NCBI GenBank assembly: GCA_042408215.1
Contig: JAYFMW010000017.1
Location: forward strand, 740,951-804,950
Direction: 5' to 3'
Source: Microcoleus sp.
GTDB lineage: Bacteria; Cyanobacteriota; Cyanobacteriia; Cyanobacteriales; Microcoleaceae
Length of the DNA: 64,000 bases
This document shows, one piece after another, positions 32,512-43,017 of this stretch; positions within the stretch are counted from its first letter, which is position 1; each line of letters opens with the position of its first letter. The notes beneath the pieces were generated by a model that saw nothing but the letters and a program-made list of their open reading frames with translations, did no database searches and was not told the DNA's origin. Made by a program: the position numbers and the translations under genes.

Positions 32512-34884
32512 TTAAAGCCAATTTCCAACTAGAATATATGTCCCCCAAATGTTAGCCGCAGGATATTTTTCAAACAGCGATTGTTGGGCAATATGTAACG
32601 CTTTTGCCCTCGTTGTTCCCGGTTTTGATAGTTCCTCATAAAACTTTAACATCAGTTCCGTATTCGGTGCATCCTGCGCTTCCCACAAAGTTGATAAAGT
32701 GCTGCGAGCTCCCGCACGCACGGCAATTCCCGCAAGTCCTAAAACGGCTCGGTTGTCTCCTGATGCTGTTTCACAAGCACTCAAAACTAGCAATTCAATG
32801 TTGTTTGATTGCTGAGTTTCTGTTTCGATTAAGTTGGCGATATCTTGACCTTTGAGGAGTTGTTTGTAAGCGACAATATATGTTTCGTCGGGATCTGAAC
32901 TGAATTCGCCGTGAGTCTTTAGGTGTACTGCTGAAAAGTTGCCTGTTTGCAGTTGATTTTGAATGTTGGCTTTGGTAAAGTTTGTATCGAGTAGGGGTTG
33001 ACTGGCGGGTACTTTTTTGCTGATTCCCTCTAGTTCTTCTCTTAATTTATGAATGATTTCAAAGTTTTTACCGTCAATGTTTTGCGCTTCACCTATGCCG
33101 CCGACAAAGACTTTTAATTTTTTTGATAATGGTTGAGGTGCAAAAAGGGTGAGTTGCGGAGAAATGCCGATCGCATATTTATTTTCTACTAAAAACTTGG
33201 CGGTTTTCTGATTATAAAGTGCTGCAATCGGGATATTTCGCAACTCACCATCTAATACAAACACTAAGGTTTCAATTTGAGTGTTTTTTGCGAGTTCGGC
33301 CTCCAGCGGCTCGATTAACCATTGGTAGACTTTCTGCGATTCAGCTATTACTTGGGGGGTTTTTCCCGGTTCCCTCAAGTTCGATCGCAGTTTTCGCAAA
33401 GTAGTTTCTACTATTTGTTGATCTACAGGAGTTTGATAATATACCAGCGGTTTTCCTGCAACTTGAAAAATAATTGCTATTCTATCTTTTAAGATAATTG
33501 GATAAATCAGCGCGGCTCCATCGTCTGGTATGCGATCGATTGCTACGGAAGCAGACAAATTGCACCGCAGAAAGTTTTGGATTTCTGCCAGTTGCAGTGC
33601 GTCTATTTGTTGAATTGCTTGTTTGAGATTATCGGGATTTGGTTGAGAATTGCCATCTGTTGTTAACAGTAAATCTACGAGTTCGCGGTAAACTGGTTCG
33701 GCGTTGTCTCGGAAGGAAAACTGCACGTCTGGATTGACTGCAATTAAATCTTTCCGCAAAGATTGCAAAGTTTGAACGGATGCTTGATAAGCTGCGATCG
33801 CGCTTTTGCGATCCCCGCCATCCTTCACAGTCAATCTGCCCAATTGCCACTGCCACCGATAGGCAATATCCACCGCTTGTACGGATTGTGCAATACCTAA
33901 AGCCTCATTGGTTAATTGTTTCGCATCCGGTATTTGTCCGGTTATTTCATACAATTCGCCGAGACTACCTTTCCCATAGGATTCGGCTCGCAAATCTCCG
34001 ATTTTCTTAGCATCATTTGCTGCGGTTGCCAAGAGTTTCGCAATATAAATTAATGCGGGTTTTTCTACATTTTGATGCTGGGATTTGAAAGCACAGTGTT
34101 TGACGGCGGGCGGGAAAGGCAATAAGATTTTATCAATGTGCGATCGCTCCATTGTTTGCACTCTCAAGCAAATCAGACTTTCGGCAAAGTCGATGCGAGC
34201 GTAAATAGATTCACTATTAACGGGCAAATTGTCAACTATGGGCTGGATTTCTTGCCACAAATTGCCAAGATTTGACTCTGGCTTATTTTCCACAAGTAAG
34301 CTCAGTTTATTTAATTTAGCTTGTAAATGTTCGGTTTGAGAGGATGTGGCGATCGCCCTTTCGTAAAAATCCAAAGCCTTGTCATAATGAGCCACAGCAT
34401 CCTTCTTAATATCTGCTTGCCGCTTGCCAAAAGCTCGCTGGGTATTCCCCAAACTGAGATAAACAGCACTGATAGCTGAATCTAACTGCAAGTTTTGAGC
34501 TATTGCCAAACTGCGGTTTAACATAATTTCCGAAACTTTCAAAGCACCAGTTAGGCGCAACACATCACCTAAACTTCTCAACCCAGACAGCGCGACTTCG
34601 CTGTTAGGCAAATTTTCAATAATAGCTTGCTCTGTGAGAGATATTTTGTTATCAATTAAGTTTTCACAGTCGAGGTTAGTCACCTCCAAAACAGACAGCA
34701 AACTATTGCAAGCTTGACGGTACAATCCCGCTGACTGGAGATTTTGAGCAGCGACAAGTTGGCGGCGGACAATCTCAGTTTTGCTACCAGCTTGAATGCT
34801 AGCAGAAACAGGTACTTGCAAACAACACAAAAAAGCCGTCAATCCTGCCAATAAACACCAAATTTTCCACCTGCTCATATTCAT
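32512..34884 (-). CDS. TPR + CHAT domain protein, probably exported
   Basis: AYRWQWQLGR, FSFRDNAEPVY, VHLKTHGEF, LVLSACETA; N-terminal signal-like segment. Confidence 0.93.
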   Translation of the reverse strand: MNMSRWKIWCLLAGLTAFLCCLQVPVSASIQAGSKTEIVRRQLVAAQNLQSAGLYRQACNSLLSVLEVTNLDCENLIDNKISLTEQAIIENLPNSEVALSGLRSLGDVLRLTGALKVSEIMLNRSLAIAQNLQLDSAISAVYLSLGNTQRAFGKRQADIKKDAVAHYDKALDFYERAIATSSQTEHLQAKLNKLSLLVENKPESNLGNLWQEIQPIVDNLPVNSESIYARIDFAESLICLRVQTMERSHIDKILLPFPPAVKHCAFKSQHQNVEKPALIYIAKLLATAANDAKKIGDLRAESYGKGSLGELYEITGQIPDAKQLTNEALGIAQSVQAVDIAYRWQWQLGRLTVKDGGDRKSAIAAYQASVQTLQSLRKDLIAVNPDVQFSFRDNAEPVYRELVDLLLTTDGNSQPNPDNLKQAIQQIDALQLAEIQNFLRCNLSASVAIDRIPDDGAALIYPIILKDRIAIIFQVAGKPLVYYQTPVDQQIVETTLRKLRSNLREPGKTPQVIAESQKVYQWLIEPLEAELAKNTQIETLVFVLDGELRNIPIAALYNQKTAKFLVENKYAIGISPQLTLFAPQPLSKKLKVFVGGIGEAQNIDGKNFEIIHKLREELEGISKKVPASQPLLDTNFTKANIQNQLQTGNFSAVHLKTHGEFSSDPDETYIVAYKQLLKGQDIANLIETETQQSNNIELLVLSACETASGDNRAVLGLAGIAVRAGARSTLSTLWEAQDAPNTELMLKFYEELSKPGTTRAKALHIAQQSLFEKYPAANIWGTYILVGNWL

Positions 34885-35155
34885 CTGTGTCTATCTGCGT
34901 CTATCTGCGGTTAAAAAATCCAAATTTATCGATCGCACTTCGCCGGAAATTGCCAATATCCAGGCTACACATAACTTTAGATCTGCCTCAGAAGATATCA
35001 TACCTTAGATAGATTATGGGCGATCGAACAACTCCTGCGATCCAAATGGGTGATGTGTCTTATTATTTCTTCACATATCATGTTTTAAGCTCTATGATAT
35101 ATGCCTGATGGCCTAGGCCCCATTTATTTTGACCCCTCGTTACTGTGTACCGCCG

Positions 35156-37108
35156 ATGAGTGAATCAACCAATTCTTCGCTACCTCAACCAGTTTCGCGA
35201 CGAACCGCCCTCAAATTCCTCGGAGTTGGTGCCGCCGGCGGGCTCCTCGGCTACTCTCGATTTTCCAAGCCAGAGCCCACCATTTTTCAGCAAAACACCC
35301 TCGACTTACCGCGACTGCTAAACAGCCCCAAAACTGTTGTAGTTGTCGGGGCTGGCTTGGCTGGGCTCGCCTGCGCCTACGAACTTAGTCAGCGAGGTTT
35401 CGCCGTGACGCTGTTGGAGAAATCGCCCCAACTCGGCGGCAAAATTGCTAGTTGGCCGATTCAAGTGGGGAACGAAACCTTTATGATGGAACACGGTTTC
35501 CACGGTTTTTTCCCACAATACTACAACCTAAAAAGTGTGGTTCAAGAACTAGAAATTACCGATAACTTTGTATCTTTAGAATCCTACGCCGTGATCTTTC
35601 GAGATGGCCAATACAAACCCGAAGTTTTCCGCCCCAATCATTCAGCTTTTCCCTGGAATATAGTTGACTTGGGAATCTCTTCTCCCAACCGGCTCAAGTG
35701 GGGAATCAATCTGACTCAACCCGCGCACTGGCAAGTTTTTCGGGAAATCGGCGGTTTTCAAACTCAAAAAAGTTTCGCTAGACTCGACAACATATCAGTT
35801 GCAGACTGGGTAAAAGGTGAATTTCCGCGAGGGCTTTACGACTTGTATTTTTTGCCTTTTGCTAAGTCTAGCCTCAACGCTCCCGATGAATTGAGTGTGG
35901 GAGAATTAATGCAGTTTTTCCACTTTTATTTTTTCGGAAATCCCGAAGGTTTAGCCTTTAATGGTACGCGACAAGATATGGGAACCAGTTTGGTGCAACC
36001 CATTGCTAAATTCATTGAAAGTAAAGGCGGAAAAGTATTGACAGATGTCGCAGTTAGTGGCATTCATTGGGAAAACGGCAAGATTGATTCTCTGAGTTAC
36101 CAGTCGGGAAATGTGCAAAGTAAAGTACCTTTTTGGGTCAAGCAAAACTCGCTGTTAAATGACAGTAAATCTACGGAATATTTCGGTGCGGGAGATAGCG
36201 TATATGTCACATTACCGGGAGGACAAGAGGCGATTTCTCTGAGTTGTACTCACCAAGGCTGCACAGTTCAAAAACAGAATGATGGTCAATTTCATTGTCC
36301 TTGTCACGGGGCAGTTTTTGATGGTTCAGGGCGAGTTGTCAGCGGGCCAGCACAACGGGATTTGCCCAGATTTAAGGTGGTTGCTAAACAAGAAGATGAG
36401 GTACAATTGGTAGCAGCCATTGACAATTACAAACCTCAAAATTTGGGGGAAACATTGCAGGCTGATTACTATGTTTTGGCGGCCGATGTTCCGGGGATGC
36501 AGCATTTGTTTAGTTTGGCTAGCGGTGAGGTGAATCCGCAAGTGCAGAGTCGGATTGAGAGTTTGAAAATAGCCGATCCGTTTGCGGTTGGTCGTTTTTG
36601 GTTCGATCGCGATTTTGCATGGGAACACAGCAATTTTAGTTCGCTTTCCGGCTACAAACTGACTGACAGCATTACGCTTTACCACCGGATTCAAGATCAA
36701 TTCATAGTGTGGAACAAAGAAACTGGCGGTAGCGTAGTGGAGTTACACGCCTATTGTTACAAGGAAAAGGAATTTCCGAATCAACAAGTTTTGCTCGCTA
36801 CTTTTGAGCAAGAATTGTACGAAATTGTGCCAGAATTAAAAGAGGCAAATATGCTGCATCGGGAATTGGTAAATCAAAAGAATTTCTCTGGATATCCGCC
36901 CGGTAGTTATGCGGAACGCCCGGAGACTTGCTGCGATGTTCCTAATCTTTTGTTTGCGGGAGATTGGGTGAAAATGCCGTTTCCTTGCGGTTTAATGGAA
37001 AGGGCGGTTAGCAGCGGTTTGTTGGCGGCTAATGCTATTTTAGATCGGGAGGGTTTGCAGAGGCGATCGCTCTTGACGGTAAATCCTGAAGGCGTACTGA
37101 AAATCTAA
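35156..37108 (+). CDS. FAD oxidoreductase with inserted Rieske domain, CrtU/CruE-like carotenoid desaturase
   Basis: SRRTALKF leader, VVGAGLAGL, EHGFHGFFPQY, CTHQGC..CPCHG, LMERA. Confidence 0.75.
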   Translation: MSESTNSSLPQPVSRRTALKFLGVGAAGGLLGYSRFSKPEPTIFQQNTLDLPRLLNSPKTVVVVGAGLAGLACAYELSQRGFAVTLLEKSPQLGGKIASWPIQVGNETFMMEHGFHGFFPQYYNLKSVVQELEITDNFVSLESYAVIFRDGQYKPEVFRPNHSAFPWNIVDLGISSPNRLKWGINLTQPAHWQVFREIGGFQTQKSFARLDNISVADWVKGEFPRGLYDLYFLPFAKSSLNAPDELSVGELMQFFHFYFFGNPEGLAFNGTRQDMGTSLVQPIAKFIESKGGKVLTDVAVSGIHWENGKIDSLSYQSGNVQSKVPFWVKQNSLLNDSKSTEYFGAGDSVYVTLPGGQEAISLSCTHQGCTVQKQNDGQFHCPCHGAVFDGSGRVVSGPAQRDLPRFKVVAKQEDEVQLVAAIDNYKPQNLGETLQADYYVLAADVPGMQHLFSLASGEVNPQVQSRIESLKIADPFAVGRFWFDRDFAWEHSNFSSLSGYKLTDSITLYHRIQDQFIVWNKETGGSVVELHAYCYKEKEFPNQQVLLATFEQELYEIVPELKEANMLHRELVNQKNFSGYPPGSYAERPETCCDVPNLLFAGDWVKMPFPCGLMERAVSSGLLAANAILDREGLQRRSLLTVNPEGVLKI

Positions 37109-37221
37109 GGTTTGTAGCCCTTGGGGGCGGGTTTTATAGATTGTTAATTCTTGGCAATTATGGTTGGTGAAACCCGCCCCTACAGGAATGTTAAGCTTGC
37201 TATAATTTGGGAATATTTGTC

Positions 37222-38289
37222 ATGCAAAATAACCGGCTAAAATCTCCATCTCCAAACATAGAAAAAACTCACATTCGCCAGTTGGGGATTAATCTCAATC
37301 AATGGTATACTGTGGCTCGGAGTACAGAGGTACAAACTCAGCCGTTAGCTGTGAAAATCTGGAATCGGGCGATCGTCCTATTTCGCGATAGTGCAGACAA
37401 AATCAACGCTTTAGAAGATAGATGTCCGCACCGACAAGTTAAACTTAGTCACGGTAAAATCAAAGGCGAATTGATAGAATGTGCTTACCACGGATGGCGG
37501 TTTAATGCAATAGGAGAATGTGCAGAAGTCGATTATTTAGCAGCCAATCAAAAGCTACCTAATTGCAAAATTCGCTCCTTCCCAGTTCAGGAAAAATCCG
37601 GTTTTATCTGGATATTTCCCGGCGACGAAACCAAAGCCGAACAGATTGATTTATTAAGTTTACCAGAGTGGGAACATCTGAATTATATTGCCACAGTTGC
37701 AGTTATCGACTGTCAGGCCCACTACTCATTTTTGATTGAAAATTTGATGGATATGTATCACGGACACTTGCACGAAGATTTGCAAGCTTGGGCTAATCCA
37801 GTCTTAGATACTTTAGCAGAAGATGAGCATAAAGTAACGGCTCTCTACCAAGCAGAAAGTTATTACAAAATAGATAAAATTTGGTCAGTTTCTCAGTTAT
37901 TTTTTAAATCTTTGCGACAACTGCACCCGGAACCTTTAGAGGTAAGTTATGTTTACCCGCACTGGGTTTCAACTTTGGGGAATGATTTTAAGATTTACTG
38001 CTTAGTTTGTCCAGTGAGCGAGACAGCAACCCGTGCTTATTTAATTCATTTTACCTCATTAAATGCGTTTTGGCGGCTGCACAAATTGCCTGTTTGGTTT
38101 CGCAGGTTGATCAAAGATAGTTTGTTCGGTGCGGCTCAAAAGTTATTAGATGGTTTGGTGCGGCAGGATGTATTGATGATTGAAGAAGAACAACAGGCTT
38201 TTTTGCAAAATTCAGAAAGAAAAAGTTATGAATTAAATCGAGCTTTAGTCAGCGTGCAAAGGTTGATCAAAAATCAGGCGGAAAAATAG
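37222..38289 (+). CDS. Rieske non-heme iron oxygenase (possibly CruH-like)
   Basis: CPHR..CAYHGW and ENLMDMYHGHLH; co-oriented with the CruE-like gene. Confidence 0.8.
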   Translation: MQNNRLKSPSPNIEKTHIRQLGINLNQWYTVARSTEVQTQPLAVKIWNRAIVLFRDSADKINALEDRCPHRQVKLSHGKIKGELIECAYHGWRFNAIGECAEVDYLAANQKLPNCKIRSFPVQEKSGFIWIFPGDETKAEQIDLLSLPEWEHLNYIATVAVIDCQAHYSFLIENLMDMYHGHLHEDLQAWANPVLDTLAEDEHKVTALYQAESYYKIDKIWSVSQLFFKSLRQLHPEPLEVSYVYPHWVSTLGNDFKIYCLVCPVSETATRAYLIHFTSLNAFWRLHKLPVWFRRLIKDSLFGAAQKLLDGLVRQDVLMIEEEQQAFLQNSERKSYELNRALVSVQRLIKNQAEK

Positions 38290-38451
38290 ATTAGTTGTAT
38301 GGGGGCGGGTTTTACCCACCATTTATGTTAGAAACCAACCATATAATAAACCCGCCCCCGCCCAACTAATTTTCCATTAACTTACAAATTAATCTGCGTT
38401 AATCCGCGTGCATCTGCGGTTAAAAAAATCCAAATTCCACTAACAAGCACT

Positions 38452-38925
38452 TTACTTTTTAGGACGCTGCTTTTGATAAACACTAACAACTTTATCAGCA
38501 TAAGTAGCAGTTTCCCCACTTTTGCAAGCAGCAGATTCACCTGTCATCCACCAACAAGCCGCGCGGCGAATAGCAGCTAATTCATTATTGCTACTAGCTT
38601 TGTATTCATCGCGCAACAAATCGCCCACTATACAAGTCACAATTGACTTGGCTTTTGTCGCGTCAGCCTCAAATTGTTGCGGTGTTAAATCCTGTTTGGT
38701 ACAGAATTTTGCCCAACGGGAAATATTACCCGGTAAAATTTGCCACTGACTGTACATTCCGTCATTTGCACTTTGAGGCGGTGCGGCTTGTCGCAGTGCT
38801 TCTACGAGTGCGGAAACTTGGGCATCGGTGACTGCTTCCGCCGCTGCTGGAAGTGCTTGCAATCCGATGCTAATTATCAGACTGCTCAATAGTAGATTGG
38901 TTTTGGCGATCGATTTTAGATTCAT
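38452..38925 (-). CDS. secreted hypothetical protein
   Basis: Signal peptide ending PAAA; LVEALRQAAP..YSQWQI motif. Confidence 0.7.
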   Translation of the reverse strand: MNLKSIAKTNLLLSSLIISIGLQALPAAAEAVTDAQVSALVEALRQAAPPQSANDGMYSQWQILPGNISRWAKFCTKQDLTPQQFEADATKAKSIVTCIVGDLLRDEYKASSNNELAAIRRAACWWMTGESAACKSGETATYADKVVSVYQKQRPKK

Positions 38926-39087
38926 TTAGCAATTCCTTGTTTGATTTCAACTTTCTTTCCTGCAAAAAAGTATACTACTTTTGCGATCGAATATCTCTGT
39001 CTTAAGTAGGATTGGCTCACTTAATGCAGTGCCGCCCTATTATACAAATTGTCGAGCAAGTACGATAAAATCATAATTGGAGAGATT

Positions 39088-39477
39088 ATGACAAACGTGA
39101 AAGCACCAACGAGTAGGAGTTACCAAGAATTTCTGATTGCATCTCTGAGAAATGCCCAAGAAGCAGCAGGTTATATCGAGGTGACATTAACAGAAGCAAG
39201 CGATGAGCCTAAATTGCTCCAAATGGTACTCAAAGATGTTGTAGATTCTCAGCTAAAGTTCAACAATTTATCAGAGTCAGCTAAACTTCAATGGGAAAAG
39301 CTTGATAAGATGCTGACAGCAAGTGCAGGTTCGGAAATTTACTGTTTTGTAGAATTGCTCGAAGCGTTAGGATTTAAGCTAGAAATTACTGTCGCAGATA
39401 TTGAGTTGTCTGCTGACTCGGAATCAACGCAGATAGAAGAATCACAATTCTCCCCGGAACCAGCTAATTTTGTTTAA
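39088..39477 (+). CDS. addiction-module antidote-like DNA-binding protein
   Basis: SYQEFLIASL..EAAGYI and LLEALGFKL pattern; no toxin adjacent. Confidence 0.6.
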   Translation: MTNVKAPTSRSYQEFLIASLRNAQEAAGYIEVTLTEASDEPKLLQMVLKDVVDSQLKFNNLSESAKLQWEKLDKMLTASAGSEIYCFVELLEALGFKLEITVADIELSADSESTQIEESQFSPEPANFV

Positions 39478-39687
39478 GAGGATTTACGCATAAATACCAA
39501 AGAAACCGGGTTTTTTACCAGTATTAAAGCGTCAAATGCAGTATTTTCGTAAAAAAACCCGGTTTCTGCCGACCGGACTATTTAAGACAGAACTTAACTA
39601 TTAGACATCTCCTAAAAAGCAGGTTTTGAACAGGATGCCTGTTCCACGACAGAACTTAACTATTGATTTTTTTTTGTAGTCAGGAAT

Positions 39688-40890
39688 TCAGTCTTTATTC
39701 ATCACAAAATCAAACAAGCGATGAGCCATTTCTAATTTGCTGCAAGGTGCTATTTCTACTTGCTTTCCTGCGGCATTAATCAAAATTGCCTGATTGGTAT
39801 TGCTGCCGAAACCTGCTCCTATTTTGTCGATCGGATTTGCGGCAATTACATCCAGTTTCTTCGCCCGCAATTTCTCCAAAGCTGGCTTGACAAGATCGCC
39901 AGTTTGTGCTGCAAACCCGATGAGTTTTTGATGGGGCTGTTTCAATTTTCCCAACTCTGCCAAAATATCCGGTACCGGTGTCAACGGTAAAGCATTGGGG
40001 AGCGATCGCTTCGGCAATTTTTCACTGTGGTACTCAGTGGGTTTCACATCCGCCACCGCCGCCGCCATCACCGTCAAATCCGCATCCGGGAAACATTCCA
40101 GCATCTCCTGCCGCATTTCTTGTGCACTGGTAAGGGCGATCGACCTGACACCTCGCAACGGTACTTCACCTGTTATACTATGTACCAGAGTGACGATCGC
40201 CCCACGATGCCATGCCGCCTGCGCCAAAGCAATGCCCATTTTACCCGTGGAAGGATTGCCGATAAACCGCACGGGATCGAGGTGTTCACGGGTTCCTCCC
40301 GCACTGATTAACACCCGTTTTCCAGCTAAATCTCGATCGCCCTTCGTATACAACAACGATTCTATGTGTGACAAAATCTCACTTGGTTCTGCCATCCGCC
40401 CCTGGCCTTCGCGATCGCAAGCCAGCATACCCGCCCCAGGCTCAATAGCATGATATCGCCCATCTGTCAATACTTCCCGCCAATTTCGCTGCACCGCCGG
40501 CTGTTCCCACATATCCGTATTCATCGCCGGTGCCAAAAGAATTGGACACTTAGAAGCAAGTACCGTATTTGTAAGTAAATTATCAGCAAAACCCCCCGCC
40601 AACTTAGCCAAAGTATTCGCCGTCAGAGGAGCGATCGCCAAAACTTCCGCCCATTCTCCCAGTTGAATATGCAGAGGGCGCCCGTGACTTGCTTCCCAGA
40701 AATCTTTGTCAGTAAAAGCACCCTGGCGACAGAGGGTAGCAAAAGTCAAAGGCGTGACAAACTCCCCGGCCGCATCAGTCAGAATCGCCCTCACTTCAAC
40801 TCCCGCCTTGGCTAAAGTTGAAACTACTTCACAAACTTTATAAGCCGCAATCCCACCACTAACGCCAATTAAAACCCGTTTGCCCTTCAT
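39688..40890 (-). CDS. coaBC: phosphopantothenoylcysteine decarboxylase/ligase
   Basis: [35 protein letters not shown]. Confidence 0.97.
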   Translation of the reverse strand: MKGKRVLIGVSGGIAAYKVCEVVSTLAKAGVEVRAILTDAAGEFVTPLTFATLCRQGAFTDKDFWEASHGRPLHIQLGEWAEVLAIAPLTANTLAKLAGGFADNLLTNTVLASKCPILLAPAMNTDMWEQPAVQRNWREVLTDGRYHAIEPGAGMLACDREGQGRMAEPSEILSHIESLLYTKGDRDLAGKRVLISAGGTREHLDPVRFIGNPSTGKMGIALAQAAWHRGAIVTLVHSITGEVPLRGVRSIALTSAQEMRQEMLECFPDADLTVMAAAVADVKPTEYHSEKLPKRSLPNALPLTPVPDILAELGKLKQPHQKLIGFAAQTGDLVKPALEKLRAKKLDVIAANPIDKIGAGFGSNTNQAILINAAGKQVEIAPCSKLEMAHRLFDFVMNKD

Positions 40891-40947
40891 TTATTTTCAA
40901 AAAAAAAATAGGAGAAAAGTTAGTTTTTGTAGGGACACGGCACTGCC

Positions 40948-41144
40948 TATTGGTGTCAACTTAAGCCTAAAAGCCTTGATAAATCTCGTTTTTACCTGAG
41001 TCCAGATCCCCCTAAATCCCCCTTAAGAAGGGGGACTTTAAGAATACTCCTGTCCCCCCCTTCTTAAGGGGGGCTAGGGGGGATCTGGCCTTAATAGTCA
41101 AACACCAGTCTATGACTGGGTTTTACCTTAAGTTGACACCAATG
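40948..41144. mobile_element. MITE with 17-bp TIRs and 9-bp target-site duplication
   Basis: ATTGGTGTCAACTTAAG / CTTAAGTTGACACCAAT; GGCACTGCC at 40939-40947 and 41145-41153. Confidence 0.9.
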
Positions 41145-41217
41145 GGCACTGCCGTGTCCCTACGGGGATCATAAATCTTTCTCCTAAAACTTGCTGAAAT
41201 TTTGGCTATTTTTAAGT

Positions 41218-41436
41218 CTACGCTTCGTCGTAGGCTTCCATGTCCAGAAGGTGAAGATAAGGCTCAACCAACTCCGGGCGCTGAAAAGCGAGCGATCGCA
41301 ATAAATGCCAATCATTCAATCCCTCAAAAGGATCTGCGTAATCGTCCACTTCTAAACGATCGGCCAATTCTGCCACATCCTCCGAAGTAAGTAGAGCAAA
41401 ATCGCGCGATGCTGATGCTTTGGTTAAAGTTTTCAT
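41218..41436 (-). CDS. DUF2555-like small protein
   Basis: LADRLEVDDY..FEGLNDWHLLR..EPYLHLLD; typical coaBC neighbour. Confidence 0.85.
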   Translation of the reverse strand: MKTLTKASASRDFALLTSEDVAELADRLEVDDYADPFEGLNDWHLLRSLAFQRPELVEPYLHLLDMEAYDEA

Positions 41437-41791
41437 CAGAAAATTGGGTTTGAAACCCCGTCCTTTTAGGACGGCTTTGCTTGATTGGATAAATTAGTTG
41501 CCTACCTCTTGCGAGGTGGAGGGGTATGGTTGCCCCTCCCTTGGAGATCTGGTTGTCTCCCGCCCCTTTCGGGTGATGTTAGCTTCGCCAATGTTTTAAA
41601 AGCTTGTTAGACCTGCAACACTGTTTCAGTGACCTTAAAACTGTTTAATTGCAGATGACAGAGCGGAAAACTAGCTTCGCATTCTCCGGTGTCGTGACTC
41701 AAAAAACGTAGTCAATTAAGACTTAGGCTGGTCAGTACGGCTCGCTTGATTACTCTTACAAGCCCAGTCCCTTTAGGGCTGGGTTACTGAC
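41437..41791 (+). mobile_element. non-autonomous IS200/IS605 element carrying a HEARO RNA
   Basis: TCAT target, shared left-end hairpin, right end CCCAGTCCCTTTAGGGCTGGG..TGAC. Confidence 0.88.
41560..41791 (-). ncRNA. HEARO / IscB-type omega RNA scaffold
   Basis: GTCAGTAACCC..TGACCAGCCTAAG..GACTACGTT..ACACC..AATGC..CTCTG..TTAAACAG..CATTGGCGAAG hallmarks; 3' end approximate. Confidence 0.85.
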
Positions 41792-41836
41792 CTTTATTCC
41801 GTCCCCTAGACTTCCGCCATACTATATCCTAAAGCT

Positions 41837-42466
41837 TTAATCAGATTTCGACACAGTTTTTACAACAAAACTTCGCATTACATCGACAACTTCCGGTTGA
41901 ATCTCGTGCCCCATATTAAATTCTTGATACTGCACCGACGCTCCCCAAGCTGTGAAACTATCGCGCGATCGCACCGCCGCACTCACCGGGACAATATTAT
42001 CTTGAGTGCCGTGTACGATTAAAACTGGCGGCAAAGCACTACCAGCAACAGGCGACATCGAATGCAAATAACCGCTCAGACAAATCAAACCTCCCAGGGG
42101 CAAAGTTAATCCCACATCCAGAGTCATCGCTCCACCTTGGGAAAATCCGCCTAAAATCGTGTCAGACAAAGGCACACCCGTGCTGCTTTCTAGAGACAAC
42201 AAAAATTCCTTCAGCAATTGCCGACTTTCTACCAATCCCTTCGAGTCATTACCTTGAAGGTCATACCACATTTTGCCCCCCGGTACTTGGGGATGAGGAA
42301 ACGGAGCATCGGGAAACACAAACTGATAATCTGGCAAATTGAAGGCGAGCGCTAGGGATGTCAAATCGCGAGCATTGGCACCCCATCCGTGCAAAACGAC
42401 AATCAAAGCGACTGGTTGGCGATCGGTTGTTGCTGGAATCTTAATAGATTGTAAATACATCGTCAT
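41837..42466 (-). CDS. alpha/beta hydrolase (phospholipase/carboxylesterase)
   Basis: LHGWG, GFSQGG, HGTQD, MGHEI. Confidence 0.93.
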   Translation of the reverse strand: MTMYLQSIKIPATTDRQPVALIVVLHGWGANARDLTSLALAFNLPDYQFVFPDAPFPHPQVPGGKMWYDLQGNDSKGLVESRQLLKEFLLSLESSTGVPLSDTILGGFSQGGAMTLDVGLTLPLGGLICLSGYLHSMSPVAGSALPPVLIVHGTQDNIVPVSAAVRSRDSFTAWGASVQYQEFNMGHEIQPEVVDVMRSFVVKTVSKSD

Positions 42467-42762
42467 CAGTAATTGCTAAGCGGGCATTGCAGTAATTATA
42501 AGCAGCATAGCAGAGCCTAGTCGCGAAAAAAACTGCCGAAACCAACTACAAAACAGTCCCTAATTCCTGCAAGTAAACCCGTGTAAACGGTTCCCCATCA
42601 CCCAAGGTATACTGTTCGATCGATCCTGGATGCCGAAATTGCATCAATCCTTCATCCCACAAATAAAATGCGGGAATGCCTTTTTGGGAGATGCCTATTG
42701 CATCCGACTACCTACCCCTGGGGGAGTTATGAGTTAAATTTATAACTCATAACTTCTGATTT

Positions 42763-43017
42763 TTAAGCAGTTTTCTGTTCCCCGAAATCGGACTGCTGCC
42801 CCTCACTCGCTACTAAATTCCACCCTTGAGTTATGAGCTTCTGAAATGTTGCCCACCCTTTAGAACCACCCGGTTCTGGGTAATCGAATGCAGCGTACTG
42901 TGGAAAAGCTGTATAAGGTCGCCACGGTTGGCGGGGGTCCGTGCGTAAGTGCAAGATCTTTTCTCCATTGCTTCCTAATCGGGGCAACCAACACATTTGT
43001 TTTAGCATCTCTAACAC
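42763..43017 (-). CDS. small conserved hypothetical protein
   Basis: LHLR...WRPY...SKGWATFQKL..GW; true start may be MCWL. Confidence 0.6.
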   Translation of the reverse strand: MLEMLKQMCWLPRLGSNGEKILHLRTDPRQPWRPYTAFPQYAAFDYPEPGGSKGWATFQKLITQGWNLVASEGQQSDFGEQKTA

